A stretch of DNA of 64,000 nucleotides from an uncultured candidate division Zixibacteria bacterium (GTDB taxonomy: Bacteria; Zixibacteria; MSB-5A5; GN15; PGXB01), in assembly GCA_963702205.1 (NCBI GenBank), contig OY969724.1, positions 3,232,001-3,296,000 of the forward strand. The letters are read 5' to 3'. Below, in pieces: positions 1-10,701 of this stretch; positions within the stretch are counted from its first letter, which is position 1; each line of letters starts with the position of its first letter. A program made the translations under genes and the position numbers. Under the pieces are notes generated by a model that saw nothing but the letters and a program-made list of their open reading frames with translations, made no database searches and had not been told where the DNA came from.

Positions 1-3000
1 GTTCCGGGTCTATATCGTGGAGAGCGCGGATAATATCTTTGCCGCCAATGCCTCCGGGGATGGTCAAGTCAATCATAGCGGCATCGAATGGTTCGGCTTT
101 TTCACGCGCCTGCCGGAAAAGGTCCAGAGCCTCCTCCCCGTTGGATGCTGCACTTACTTCAAATCCCATTTTCCCGAGAATGTTGCTCGCCAGTTTGCAC
201 ACCCATTCGTCGTCGTCTATCACCAATATTCTGCCTTTGCCCGAAGCCAAACCCGCCGCTTCGTTTGAAATCACTTCCTCAGGCTTCTCGGTGGCGGGCA
301 GATAAAGCGTAAAAGTTGTCCCCTTACCGGGTACCGATTCGACGTCAATGTGACCACCGTGCTTCTTGATAATCGAATAACAACTGGCCAGTCCCAAACC
401 GTTTCCATTGGCTTTGGTAGTGAAAAACGGGTCGAAAATCTTCTTCATTATTTCCGGTGGAATACCATGACCCTGATCAGTGATCGATATCCTGACGTAG
501 TCACCTTTATCCAAAGGCAATCGACTCGGATGAGTTACCCGCGTATTGGCCGCCTGGACGAATATCGTTCCACCCCTGGGCATGGCCTGAATGGCGTTAA
601 TTATCAAATTGTTGACTACCTGGCTGAATTGGCCGACGTCTACCTCAACCCGGAAAAGTTCGGGCTCGATATTATATTCTCCGATCACGCTGGCACCGTG
701 GAGGGAGAATGATACTGTCTCCTTTAGCAGCTTTTGTACGTTGGCGATCTTTTTAATGGGCTCTCCTCCGCGAGAGAAGGTCAAAAGCTGCTGCGTCAAG
801 TCACGGGCTCGTTCCGAAGCATTTTCCGCCTTACTAAGCAGGCCGAATACTTCCGAATCGGGGCCAAGGTTAAGCTTGGCCAAAGATATATTTCCCAGTA
901 TGGCCACGAGTATATTGTTGAAGTCATGCGCGATGCCGCCGGCCAGGATTCCGATAGATTCCAGCTTTTCGGCCTTGAGGAGTTCTTTCTCCATTTTAAG
1001 ACGATCCGTGATGTCTTCAGTAACTTCTATGACTGATTCAATACTGCCGTCTTCTCCTTTTATCGGAGCCGACAGAATTCTATAATTCCTGATTTCATCG
1101 CCCGCAGGCGTTTCTGTAATACTCTCATGCACCTGTCCGTCTTTAAAGGTCCTGGTAACGGGACAATAGGTGCAGACGTCTTCGCGGGGCGGATCGTTAA
1201 AGGCGCAAAAGCAGTGCGGGTTTCCGCTGAAATCAACTTCGGGGTACCATTTCTTCATTTGCCTGTTTAAAGCCTGGACTCTCATATCGGGATCGACCAA
1301 AGTCACACCGATAGCCATATTGTCGACGACACTGCGGTATCTGGTTTCGCTTTTTCTGAGTTCCTCCTGGATGCGACGTTGTTCGGTAACGTCGCGCAAG
1401 ATTAGCATGCAAAGTGGCTCGTCAAGACGTATTAGCGTGCCGGATATTTGTGCAATATATTCCTGACCGGATTTCCCTAATAGTACAATTTCATAAGCCG
1501 GGACCTGTTCGCCATTCAATCTTTTCCGGAAGTTCTCCTCTATTTTAAAATGCGAGGCGGGGTCAATAAACGATAAATCCTTCGCGAGTTTGCCCAGATA
1601 ATATTCTTCACCGTATTCAAGCCATTCGTGCATTCTCTTATTGACCGACAATATCCTTGATTCACGGTCGATCAAAATGATCCCGTCGGGAGATAATTCA
1701 TAAAGCGATTTATATTTTTCTTCACTCAGACGAATGTTTTTTTCGGCTTCTTTTATATCGGTGATATCCTGAGTCGTGCCGTAAAGTTCGGTGATCTTGC
1801 CGGTTTCATTATAGCGGGGAAAGCCCTGCGTGCGTACATTGTGGACGGTTCGGTCGGGATGAATAATTCTCAATGTCAGATCGTAAGGGTTACCATCTTG
1901 GCATCCCGCAATGGCCTTTTCGAATATATCCCAATCGTCGGGATGAATAAATTTCCTATATCCTTCAAATTCAGGGGCGCCGTCTTCGGGATTTAAACCA
2001 AATATTTTGAATCTCATCCGGGACCATTCCGGTCGCCGGGTCTCAAGATTATATGACCAATACCCTATCCGGGCCATCTCCTGCGCCGCTTCGAGGGACT
2101 GGTTCAGATTGCTTAAGTGCTGCTCAAAATAAATACGTTCGGTCACGTCTCTTAAAACGACCTGGACGGAATCCCGGTCATTGTCGAAACTAACCTGGCG
2201 CGCATTTGCCTCGAGAATTACCCGATTGCCTTGTTTCGTTATTATTGTAAGCAAAAAAGGCGGGCGCTTTAGACCGCCTATAATAGCCTCAAACTCTTCC
2301 AGACCGGTTTCGATCGATTCCTTCGTCAACAAGCCAATCTCGGTAAATTGTTTGCCGATGACTTCGTCTTGCGAATATCCTGTAACCAGTTCGGCTCTGA
2401 GGTTATAAGATTTAAAACGTCCTTCCCGGTCAAGTGAGACGATTATGTCAGGCGATTGCTGGACTAACTGCGAGTATTTTCTTTCGCTTGCTTTGAGTTG
2501 TTCCTCGGCTATTCGCCGCTCGGTTATATCAGTAAATACCGTTGCGAATTGATTCTTTTTTGGGCTAAAGGCGACAACTTCGAAATATTTGTTTAGAGCG
2601 CCGGTATAGTTTTCGAATCTTATTGAAACGCCGGTCAGGGCCACCTTGCCATACGTATCAATCCAATAATCTTCTATTTTCGGCAGGACTTCCCGGGCCG
2701 TCTTGCCGATAACTTCCGATGCCTTCAGTCCGGTAAGCTTCTCGAAGGCCGGATTGATTTTAAGAAAACGATAATCTATCGGCTTGCCTTTTTCATCGCA
2801 TATAATTTCGTGGACCGCGAACCCGTCGAGCATAGTGTTAAAAAGATGCTGGTACCGTCTTTCGCTTTCGGACAGAGCCAGTTCCGCTTCCATTTGCTCC
2901 GTAATATCCTGAACTGTCCCCCGCATTTTGACACATTTGCCGTTTTCAAAAACGGGTTTACCAAAGACCCGAAACCATCGCAGTTCATTGTCTACCGTAT

Positions 3001-3694
3001 AACACTGCAGTTCCAGATCGAAAGGTGTCCCGTCGTTAATTGACCGAGTGTACGCCTCTTCGAGCACCTTGCGATATTTCGGAGGGTAATAGCTCAAATG
3101 ATCGTTTACTCCGGGTGGATCAACCGATGGATCGATACCTATTAAATCGTAAAGCGTACGAGTCCAGACGGCTTTGCCCGTGACAAGGTCGTGCTCCCAC
3201 CCGCCGATTTGCGCCATTTGTCCGGTTTGGTCCAGAATCTGCTCGCTCGCCCGAAGTTTTTCTTCGGCACGTTTCTTCTCGGTAATATCCTGCGCAGTGC
3301 ACAGCATCCCGTCATATTCGCCGTCTTTAAGGCGAGGAATCAGCCAGCCGGATTGTACCGTTTGGCGACCGGAAGGGGTGACTATTTCAGCTTCGTACTT
3401 CTGTGCTTTAAGATCTCGCTTCGCTTCTTCATAGAAACCGATAAAATATTTTATGGTCTCGGGCGGAAAGTCCCTCGTCACCTTTTTCCCCAATACTTCG
3501 GCAGATTGTATACCCGCATTCTTCTCTATACCGGGGTTGAGATAGATCAGAGCATCATTTTTATCTGTCACCCAAATACCGTCGTTAACATTATCCAGAA
3601 TAGTCTGATAGAATTCTTTCAAACCGGCGATTTCATCACCGATCATATTATTTAAATTATCTTCTGAAATTGTTTGAGATCGTATTACGGGCAT
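1..3694 (-). CDS. Multi-PAS hybrid sensor histidine kinase with receiver domain (C-terminus runs off the window)
   Basis: Absent from the ORF track because no stop lies in the window. Hand translation of the minus strand gives repeated PAS/PAC units (QDITEKK), H-box LESIGILAGGIAHDFNN, NLIINA, DQGHGIP, FDPFFTTK, GLGL, then receiver RILVIDDD. Start uncertain (3694 or 3646). Confidence 0.9.
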   Translation of the reverse strand, partial: MPVIRSQTISEDNLNNMIGDEIAGLKEFYQTILDNVNDGIWVTDKNDALIYLNPGIEKNAGIQSAEVLGKKVTRDFPPETIKYFIGFYEEAKRDLKAQKYEAEIVTPSGRQTVQSGWLIPRLKDGEYDGMLCTAQDITEKKRAEEKLRASEQILDQTGQMAQIGGWEHDLVTGKAVWTRTLYDLIGIDPSVDPPGVNDHLSYYPPKYRKVLEEAYTRSINDGTPFDLELQCYTVDNELRWFRVFGKPVFENGKCVKMRGTVQDITEQMEAELALSESERRYQHLFNTMLDGFAVHEIICDEKGKPIDYRFLKINPAFEKLTGLKASEVIGKTAREVLPKIEDYWIDTYGKVALTGVSIRFENYTGALNKYFEVVAFSPKKNQFATVFTDITERRIAEEQLKASERKYSQLVQQSPDIIVSLDREGRFKSYNLRAELVTGYSQDEVIGKQFTEIGLLTKESIETGLEEFEAIIGGLKRPPFLLTIITKQGNRVILEANARQVSFDNDRDSVQVVLRDVTERIYFEQHLSNLNQSLEAAQEMARIGYWSYNLETRRPEWSRMRFKIFGLNPEDGAPEFEGYRKFIHPDDWDIFEKAIAGCQDGNPYDLTLRIIHPDRTVHNVRTQGFPRYNETGKITELYGTTQDITDIKEAEKNIRLSEEKYKSLYELSPDGIILIDRESRILSVNKRMHEWLEYGEEYYLGKLAKDLSFIDPASHFKIEENFRKRLNGEQVPAYEIVLLGKSGQEYIAQISGTLIRLDEPLCMLILRDVTEQRRIQEELRKSETRYRSVVDNMAIGVTLVDPDMRVQALNRQMKKWYPEVDFSGNPHCFCAFNDPPREDVCTYCPVTRTFKDGQVHESITETPAGDEIRNYRILSAPIKGEDGSIESVIEVTEDITDRLKMEKELLKAEKLESIGILAGGIAHDFNNILVAILGNISLAKLNLGPDSEVFGLLSKAENASERARDLTQQLLTFSRGGEPIKKIANVQKLLKETVSFSLHGASVIGEYNIEPELFRVEVDVGQFSQVVNNLIINAIQAMPRGGTIFVQAANTRVTHPSRLPLDKGDYVRISITDQGHGIPPEIMKKIFDPFFTTKANGNGLGLASCYSIIKKHGGHIDVESVPGKGTTFTLYLPATEKPEEVISNEAAGLASGKGRILVIDDDEWVCKLASNILGKMGFEVSAASNGEEALDLFRQAREKAEPFDAAMIDLTIPGGIGGKDIIRALHDIDPE

Positions 3695-3919
3695 AGGCCC
3701 CGTCCCGGTTGTTTTGGCAAATGATTCAAACCCCATAAGTTTCGCCCCTTGAATTTTCTGACTGATAATCTTCGGAGCTCGGCTCAGATTCATGTCAGAT
3801 TTCTTGGTCCTCTTGTCTACAAGTTTTATCGGTAGATTTGGACTAAAATCAACGAAAGCAACAAGATGGGGTCCGATCTGATTTGATTGTGATAATTGAT
3901 TTGTTTCGCTATTTTCGGT

Positions 3920-3954
3920 CCAATAAAAAATAGCGGTGCAGGGACTTGAACCCC
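3920..3954 (-). repeat. att-like copy of tRNA-Met 3' end (outermost)
   Basis: CCAATAAAAAATAGCGGTGCAGGGACTTGAACCCC is identical over 35 bp to 55148-55182. Confidence 0.92.
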
Positions 3955-4209
3955 CGAATCACTCAGACCCTCGCCTCCAATATATGACGCACCAATAGAT
4001 AATAGCGCAAGTCATTATGCGGCATAATTTTCCAAATGATATGTATTTGAGTCTATTTTAAATCAACTGAATTGAATTGAATGAGTTTTGAATTGAAAAT
4101 GATACAAATCCGTCATAAAATATGAAAGTCGGCTTGTTTGATCTGCGTACGAACCAGCAATATCAGGGCGACCTGATTTGGCTGCCCTTTTATTTACGTA
4201 AAATCCCAA

Positions 4210-4317
4210 TTACTTTAAAAGTATCATTTTCCTGCAGTCATCAAAGTTGCCGGCCTTAATCCAATAGAGATATACCCAGGAAGTGACTTCTTCGCCGTAC
4301 TCATTTTTACCATCCGA
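4210..4317 (-). pseudogene. Remnant of a C-terminal FlgD/T9SS-type sorting domain
   Basis: Translates SDGKNEYGEEVTSWVYLYWIKAGNFDDCRKMILLK*, a decayed form of the WDG..G..V.SGVYLY.I.AG....KM.LLK tail; no start or N-terminal part. Confidence 0.65.
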
Positions 4318-4760
4318 ATTTACCATGGGGGAGTCCCGACCGTATAGTCGGCCACCATTACTATAACGTAATGGTGTACAAATACTTGAGCCCCTATAAT
4401 TTTAGCCGGTATTTTTTCATGGATACTGCAAATAAAAATATGATCACCCGTTGGGAGTCCCTTTGTGAAATTTGACATATTCTTGATGATTTTCTGCATG
4501 GCCAATTACACCACATCATTTTGAGCCATTATTTATCATTTGCAGCTATTGCAGTCAATCAAAGAAGTTTCTGGCAAAAATAAATCCTGGTGAATGTTCA
4601 CGAATAATCCTGCATGATTTATATTAATCAGGCTGTTTAGCCACTCATCAAGGGGAAGGAAATATGAGAATTATCGGCATGAAAAAATAAATGAAATCAT
4701 ACTCACCTGGGCCAATTTAATATTTATATATGCTGGGAATTCGATAAATTAATATCATTT

Positions 4761-6419
4761 ATGTGGTATTTAAATAACGGCGGTGGAAGCAACCAATTTA
4801 TAGGCACAAAAATGATGTTAAGGGTAAAGACATTGGGGCAAAAATTGGTGAAGCGGCCTATGAATGATTCGCAATTAAGATGGCTATTTATAGCAATAAC
4901 TGCAGTTAACATTATTCCTATAATTATCGTAAGGCATGTTCCTGCGGTTGATCTGCCCAACCATGTTCTGGCGGCAGCCGTGGCTATAAACAAAGCCCAA
5001 TATTATCCGCAAGGACCATTGACATTTAAATTTTTCTTTTCGCCGTATATCTTATTTACCGTAATCATAACCGCCCTGCTGCCAGTTTTCGGGAAAATCT
5101 GGGCGACCAAAATCGTCCTTCTGGCATACTCGGTGGGTCTACCATTAAGCGTCCTGAAGTACATTAAAGCTTTTAATCAAGAAAGCTGGCCGCTGGCGTT
5201 TTTAATTTTCCCATTTGTTTATTCATATCATTTTGAATTCGGTCTGATTCAATATTGCATAGGTATTCCATTGGTGTTTTTGGCATTGGCTTATAGCAAA
5301 AAACTGTTCGATCGAACAGATACTATTTCGGTATTGCTTATTATTTCCATTCTTGCAATCGCCATATACTTTAGTCACTGGGTTGATTTTCTGGCCTTCT
5401 CTGTTGGGTTTACGGCAAAGTATCTGTCATTAATTATTCGTCATAAAAACAGTATCAATAACAGACTGAGCAAGATAGATCGAACCCTGATTTTTGTCAA
5501 ATCCGCGGCCATTTTTATGGCACCGCTCATATTTTTCGGAATTTACCTATCACAGGTATGGAGACGATCACAAATGAGCCACCTTACGATGGCGAACTTC
5601 CAATATAAAAGTATTTTGTGGCAGATCATAGAGCCGATGAGGACGCTCTTTTCCAATAGTCTGCTTGCCCTTGACATAATACAAATATTCATTTTGGCGG
5701 CACTTATTATCCTGGCCTTTATGATTCGAAAAAGAAGGCCCTCAACAGCCGGAGGAGTTCTGCCATTCGGATTAATAATGTTACTGCTGGCGACCTTGAT
5801 ACCGGGCCAGGCGTTTTTAAGTTCCTGGAGCCAAAATTCTCGATTTGTCGTGTTCGCTTTCGTGCCGATTATTGCCTGTATCTCTTTGCCATATGGAAGT
5901 TGGCGTAATATCGGCCCAATAGTCATGACCGTGCTGGTCGTCGTCCTGACAATTTTCCGGGCCGAATACTACATAAAGACCGATCGTATTGCCGACGAAT
6001 ATCTCGGCGCCTTGAAGACGGTGGTCGGAAGCGGCAAGAATGTTTACAACCTGCTGGCGGGAGTTCCCGATCCACGGCCGGGAAACCTGCCCGTCTTCAT
6101 GCACACCATATCGTACTTTCACGTCGATTCCGGCGGATATAGCCCGTTTCTCTTTGACTTTCAGCCCTATGTGTCAGGATTGAGTGCCGATATCGATTTG
6201 CCAAAAGGACCGGAATATTCAGAGTGGGAAAAAGTGAATCCGAAATCATTTTATAGAACCCTGTCGCGCTGGGATTATCTGGCTGTAATGCATTGCGGAC
6301 AACCGGTGCCGGATTATATAAAACGACTCCAACCGCTAATAAAATATAGCGGGCCGAATTGTACTATTTATACGACCACCGGGATAACTGATCTGATACC
6401 CGAAGATTCGGTCCCTTAA
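4761..6419 (+). CDS. Polytopic membrane protein, probably GT-C-like glycan transferase/modifier
   Basis: 552 aa with many TM segments, an N-terminal 'DLPNH' loop and a soluble C-terminal part; EPS context. Real start may be about 4860. Confidence 0.55.
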   Translation: MWYLNNGGGSNQFIGTKMMLRVKTLGQKLVKRPMNDSQLRWLFIAITAVNIIPIIIVRHVPAVDLPNHVLAAAVAINKAQYYPQGPLTFKFFFSPYILFTVIITALLPVFGKIWATKIVLLAYSVGLPLSVLKYIKAFNQESWPLAFLIFPFVYSYHFEFGLIQYCIGIPLVFLALAYSKKLFDRTDTISVLLIISILAIAIYFSHWVDFLAFSVGFTAKYLSLIIRHKNSINNRLSKIDRTLIFVKSAAIFMAPLIFFGIYLSQVWRRSQMSHLTMANFQYKSILWQIIEPMRTLFSNSLLALDIIQIFILAALIILAFMIRKRRPSTAGGVLPFGLIMLLLATLIPGQAFLSSWSQNSRFVVFAFVPIIACISLPYGSWRNIGPIVMTVLVVVLTIFRAEYYIKTDRIADEYLGALKTVVGSGKNVYNLLAGVPDPRPGNLPVFMHTISYFHVDSGGYSPFLFDFQPYVSGLSADIDLPKGPEYSEWEKVNPKSFYRTLSRWDYLAVMHCGQPVPDYIKRLQPLIKYSGPNCTIYTTTGITDLIPEDSVP

Positions 6420-6445
6420 AGACAATCATCGGGGAATCACATCAT

Positions 6446-8113
6446 TCAATTGCAAATATCAAGCGGCGCGGGACCGGGCGGATTACCATATACATAAATT
6501 ATCAGATACAGAATATCCAGAAGATTCAAATCGCAATCGCCGTTGATGTCACGCATATGACCCGGATCGGATGGAATGCCGTCGCCATAAAGCACTTTAA
6601 TTAAATCGAGAACGAACAATAGATTAAATCCGGAGTGGTCGGTCGATTCAAAAGCGCCAATAAAATACGGCCAATAGTCGCCTCGTCCGCCGGCAGACGC
6701 CGGGCTGTTGGATTCGATTCTATAATTATGATCGGCGGCTCCCAGAAATTCGGGGTTGAACTCCATCGAATGCATTCCATGACCGGCGATCACACCATTT
6801 GGGCTGGACGCCCGCCATTGGGAGATATTGTATTCGGAACCGTGGGGATAGACATAATAAACATGGTCCGACCGGCCATAGTACAGATTGTAATCTTCAT
6901 AAAATCTTTCCGGGTTTTCTCTCTGGTTGTCGATGCCTATGGCCGCCTTGTATTCACCGGCGTCAGGATCCATCGGTGAATTGTAAAATATATTATTGAA
7001 GATGGAGACACTGTCCATATCGCCGTCCTGAGACCGGATTCCGGCAAAGCCACCCGTGCAATCGAAGGTGTTATTATATATCCAGGCATTGACCAAAGCG
7101 TGGGCCGTATCGGAGTTCGACGGAAATGCGATGCCCATGAGTCCGCCGGCCTCGCTGAATGCTCCCTGATTACAGATACCATTATTGTACAGGATATTAT
7201 TATAGACATGAACGTCGGACCATTTGCCGCCGTTGCCCAGATACATGTTAAGTTCATAGCAATCGTATATGACGTTATTCGAGATGACCACCGGATGCCC
7301 CGAACCCGTCGAATGCGGATTGCCGCCCTTCAAATATATACCCATGGCGCTGTTGTGGAGCCGGTTGTTCTCAAGATAAATGCAGAAGCCGGGATAAAAC
7401 TCGATGCACCCGAACTGACCTGTCCCGCCGTAATTACCATACTTGCCGACATAGCCGATGTCACAGTTGATAACCCACAAGGAATCGGTCCAGTCGGACC
7501 GGTTGCTGCCGCCCTCGAGGACGTTGCCGATGCCGGCCCCGTTGTCATAGCTGCAGCTGATCGAATCTATCTTGCAGTTCTTGATCGTGATGCCGCTCGA
7601 ATTACCCAGCATGATCCCGAACCAGCCGTAATGAAAATACAGCGAGTCAAACGTGATATACGAACGGTCATCCAGCCAGGCTCCCACCCGGCCGCCGTTG
7701 CTCCCGCTGGCGGGAATACCTTTGATGATCGGCATCTCTCCCGGATAACCCTTGAAAACGATCTGGCCGTCTCCCAGATAAGACGACCCGCTCCGGGCCG
7801 GTCTCAATCCGGCGTTGACACTCCAGCTTTCCGAGACACTTTCAACCTCATCCGGAGAATTCTCATCATAGACCCCCGCACGAATATAAACCGTATCGCC
7901 CGCAACCAGCGTCGCGCAGGCCTTCTGAACGTGCTGCCAGGCCTGGCCCTCGCTCAGACCGTTGTTGTTGTCGTTACCCGACGGCTTAACGTAATAGGTC
8001 GCACCCATAGAGACGGATGCAAATTGACATATTCCGATAAAGAATACCATTATTCCCCATCGAGAAGGCCTAAAGTGATTAAACCCTGTAGACATGACCT
8101 TACCTCCATGCAA
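6446..8113 (-). CDS. Secreted right-handed beta-helix (pectin-lyase-like) protein with dockerin-like C-terminus
   Basis: Signal peptide, ATYYVKPSGNDNNNG...AGDTVYIRAGVY, repeated xNNxxY turns, tail DINGDCDLNLLDILYLI. Confidence 0.85.
   Translation of the reverse strand: MHGGKVMSTGFNHFRPSRWGIMVFFIGICQFASVSMGATYYVKPSGNDNNNGLSEGQAWQHVQKACATLVAGDTVYIRAGVYDENSPDEVESVSESWSVNAGLRPARSGSSYLGDGQIVFKGYPGEMPIIKGIPASGSNGGRVGAWLDDRSYITFDSLYFHYGWFGIMLGNSSGITIKNCKIDSISCSYDNGAGIGNVLEGGSNRSDWTDSLWVINCDIGYVGKYGNYGGTGQFGCIEFYPGFCIYLENNRLHNSAMGIYLKGGNPHSTGSGHPVVISNNVIYDCYELNMYLGNGGKWSDVHVYNNILYNNGICNQGAFSEAGGLMGIAFPSNSDTAHALVNAWIYNNTFDCTGGFAGIRSQDGDMDSVSIFNNIFYNSPMDPDAGEYKAAIGIDNQRENPERFYEDYNLYYGRSDHVYYVYPHGSEYNISQWRASSPNGVIAGHGMHSMEFNPEFLGAADHNYRIESNSPASAGGRGDYWPYFIGAFESTDHSGFNLLFVLDLIKVLYGDGIPSDPGHMRDINGDCDLNLLDILYLIIYVYGNPPGPAPLDICN
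7010..8010. repeat. ~1 kb near-identical direct repeat, copy A
   Basis: Matches 21904-22904 (offset 14894); differences seen only at 7036, 7070 and 7988. Confidence 0.95.
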
Positions 8114-8576
8114 GTCAATGATGCAGTAAATTAAATGGCACAGCCAGCCCCAAACGCACGCATGACGTTCTGCTTAGCGACTGTTCATAAATCCCCGGTG
8201 CCTTTCCCTGTTGGAGGTCATGTCAAACATTATCACATCAGAAATATGTAAATTGAAAATATGCCAGCTTTTAAATAATATGATTCAATAAGGCAAGTAC
8301 GTTTTGTCATTACTTAAAATAATAGAGGCACCCGCGTATTCTGTCAATAATAAATATGCATGGTGCAAAAATTAATATCCACGGCGCCCGGCGCACCGTC
8401 AGCGTGAAAATGTTAAGTCGTTCTCACGTCAATACATAATGATTAGTGCATTTTAAAGATCGAATAAGCGTAAAAGAAAAATCGCAAATATTGCGATCCG
8501 GCGGCGTGTCCGGCCCTGCTGCAGCGGCTGCAAAGCCGGGTATTTTGTCAGCGAAATGTCAGGGACGAAGAGTCTT

Positions 8577-9620
8577 TTATTTTGAATTATGTACCGGGGC
8601 CGGCCTGATTATCGATTTAAAAAATCTGCGGGCGTCCAGGAGGGCCTTGGTCAGAACACCCGGCATAGCGGCCAGAATCCGATAGGACATTGGTAATTTC
8701 CTCAAGTCCGCCATTTCCTCCCGCGCTTCACGAGACCGTCCCTGCAACAGGAATCCCTCGACCCTGAGTATTTTCTCTTCTCTTAAGATGGCATCGTATA
8801 GGTCCCGGTTTTCTACAAGAAAATCGGCGTCGGCGCCCCAGATTCTTTTCCTGAATTTGATTCGCGAAGTGGCGTATTCGAACATATCGGCATTGGTCAA
8901 TCTGTTACCGAAATGATGGAAAATCCATGCGCTTTCACTGTGAAGGTAAAGGCTCTTGCCTTTACGGGCGAGCCGGGCACCGCATTCCCATTCCTCCGCC
9001 GTTGACGTGTCTTCGGCGAATTTGAAACTGTCACCGGCCTCTTCTTTTCTTACGATAAGCGTGCTGACGCAAATATAACTTTGGGAACACAGTGATCGGT
9101 ATAACTTGTCACTTTCATAACACGGGAAATCATCGACGCCTTCAGGTAATTCTATCATGGTCGAGGCCATTTTTGAGGGACCCATGATTTCTTCCCAATT
9201 CAATTCGTAACCGTGATGCAATTCCAGCGCAAATCGGCGTACTGTCGTATCGGGAAATCTCGCCGCGTAATTGGTGAAACAAAACAAAAGGTCGGGCCTG
9301 GCCTTCATAATATTCCGCAGCAGAATATTATGTGTCGGCATCCAGGCGTCATCGGAATCCAGGAAAGTCACGAGGGGACGGGAGGATTCGCGAATCCCTA
9401 TATTGCGGGCGACGCCCGCTCCACCCTGGACAGTTTGGATGTACTTGATCTTCTTCCCGTATTTCGATACGACCGATGCCGTATCGTCCTCGGAACCATC
9501 GTCGATTATAATCAATTCATCATCGGGCAGGGCCTGCATCAATACGGAGTCGATCGCCCTCGTTATCAGGTGGGCGCGGTTGTGAGTCGGGATGATTACC
9601 GATATGGCTGTATCATTCAT
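8577..9620 (-). CDS. Glycosyltransferase family 2
   Basis: ISVIIPTHNR, IIDDGSEDDT, ARNIG, FLDSDD motifs. Confidence 0.93.
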   Translation of the reverse strand: MNDTAISVIIPTHNRAHLITRAIDSVLMQALPDDELIIIDDGSEDDTASVVSKYGKKIKYIQTVQGGAGVARNIGIRESSRPLVTFLDSDDAWMPTHNILLRNIMKARPDLLFCFTNYAARFPDTTVRRFALELHHGYELNWEEIMGPSKMASTMIELPEGVDDFPCYESDKLYRSLCSQSYICVSTLIVRKEEAGDSFKFAEDTSTAEEWECGARLARKGKSLYLHSESAWIFHHFGNRLTNADMFEYATSRIKFRKRIWGADADFLVENRDLYDAILREEKILRVEGFLLQGRSREAREEMADLRKLPMSYRILAAMPGVLTKALLDARRFFKSIIRPAPVHNSK

Positions 9621-9632
9621 ACTGGATATTAT

Positions 9633-10580
9633 TTATTCAGCATGGGCCGCCGAAGACAATTGCCGGCCATGATCCTCAAGCCATTTTGTGTATAGCGGCC
9701 GGAAAAATTTCATGAATTCGTCTGCCGCCGATTTGTTCGCCAATTCATTCGGGTGAGCATCATGAGGATTTTTATTCCGATACTCCGGTTTCAGGACGTT
9801 TTTTTCGTCGGTCAGAAATCCGAACAGGTCAAAAATCATGAAATTATCCAGGCCGCTGTCGGCCCGGTATGACGGCAAATATTCGTTGATCAGCCAGTCA
9901 TTGAATTTTTTCGCCCGTTCGGCGTTTTCACTCGACGTTTCGGCCGGTACCAGTGGAGGGAATGTCCAGTATATAAAGAGTTTATTCGGATATTTCCGCA
10001 TTTCCCGGCCGATACCCTCGAATACGTCTTTGTAATTCACTATTGTTCTGGTCGTGCTCAACGGGTCTCCCGGCCCCGATCCATCGGCGTCAATATCGCT
10101 GTTGGGGAAACAGGACTTGAACATTATAATATCATTTTCACGATCGTCGGCATAATAAACATTGGGATGGTTTTTGAATTTAAAAATGGAATTCATGTCA
10201 CCGCCGAATTTCGGCAGCCAGTTACACATATCGGTAAATTGACCGACGGTATCTCCATAAGTCATCCCCTTGACGGCGATGCCGAGCTGATTGAGACTGT
10301 CTCTCAAGTGCCCCTGGTCCAATATTCCCTGGCCGACGGAATGGTGTATAAAAATCAATCGGCATTGGGCACCGGACTCGTCTTTATCCGTCAGGGCCGA
10401 AATAGTCTTTTCGGAATCCTTGAGGTTGTTGCGCAACCAGCCATTCATGCCGTTAGCCCGCCAATATTTATAGGCGAAGAACAGGCCGACAAAATCGCCC
10501 AAAACGGCTATGACCAATACGGCTATAATTAATTTGTTCGTATGCAACCCTTTCGAGCGGTTTTCAGGTTTCGTGCCCAT
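9633..10580 (-). CDS. Membrane-anchored exported protein, possible SGNH-like esterase/acyltransferase
   Basis: N-terminal TM, IFIHHSVG, C-terminal DAHPN resembling the DxxH motif. Fold is inferred. Confidence 0.5.
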   Translation of the reverse strand: MGTKPENRSKGLHTNKLIIAVLVIAVLGDFVGLFFAYKYWRANGMNGWLRNNLKDSEKTISALTDKDESGAQCRLIFIHHSVGQGILDQGHLRDSLNQLGIAVKGMTYGDTVGQFTDMCNWLPKFGGDMNSIFKFKNHPNVYYADDRENDIIMFKSCFPNSDIDADGSGPGDPLSTTRTIVNYKDVFEGIGREMRKYPNKLFIYWTFPPLVPAETSSENAERAKKFNDWLINEYLPSYRADSGLDNFMIFDLFGFLTDEKNVLKPEYRNKNPHDAHPNELANKSAADEFMKFFRPLYTKWLEDHGRQLSSAAHAE

Positions 10581-10701
10581 GATTGACCCTCGAGTTTAAG
10601 CGTTAAGTTATAAATCCGCATTATTTTCGTCAACATTATTATATTTTAAAGCCTGTCTTTTATCATCGCAATATGGAAATTCACAGGCATTTAATATTAA
10701 T

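Noticed and set aside
17..3655. Many plus-strand ORFs
   Set aside because: Antisense shadows of the minus-strand hybrid kinase, which carries all the conserved motifs.
6660..7010. Possible DGR template/variable repeat pair with 21550-21900
   Set aside because: Differences are not adenine-specific, both copies are coding, and no reverse transcriptase is present.
7100..8134. 344-aa plus-strand ORF (and its 307-aa twin at 21994-22917)
   Set aside because: Antisense to the beta-helix genes; duplicated only because the sense genes are.
8136..8226. Possible pseudoknot (CATGAC/GTCATG and GGCAC/GTGCC) upstream of the 8113 gene
   Set aside because: Short pairings and no match to a riboswitch I recognise.
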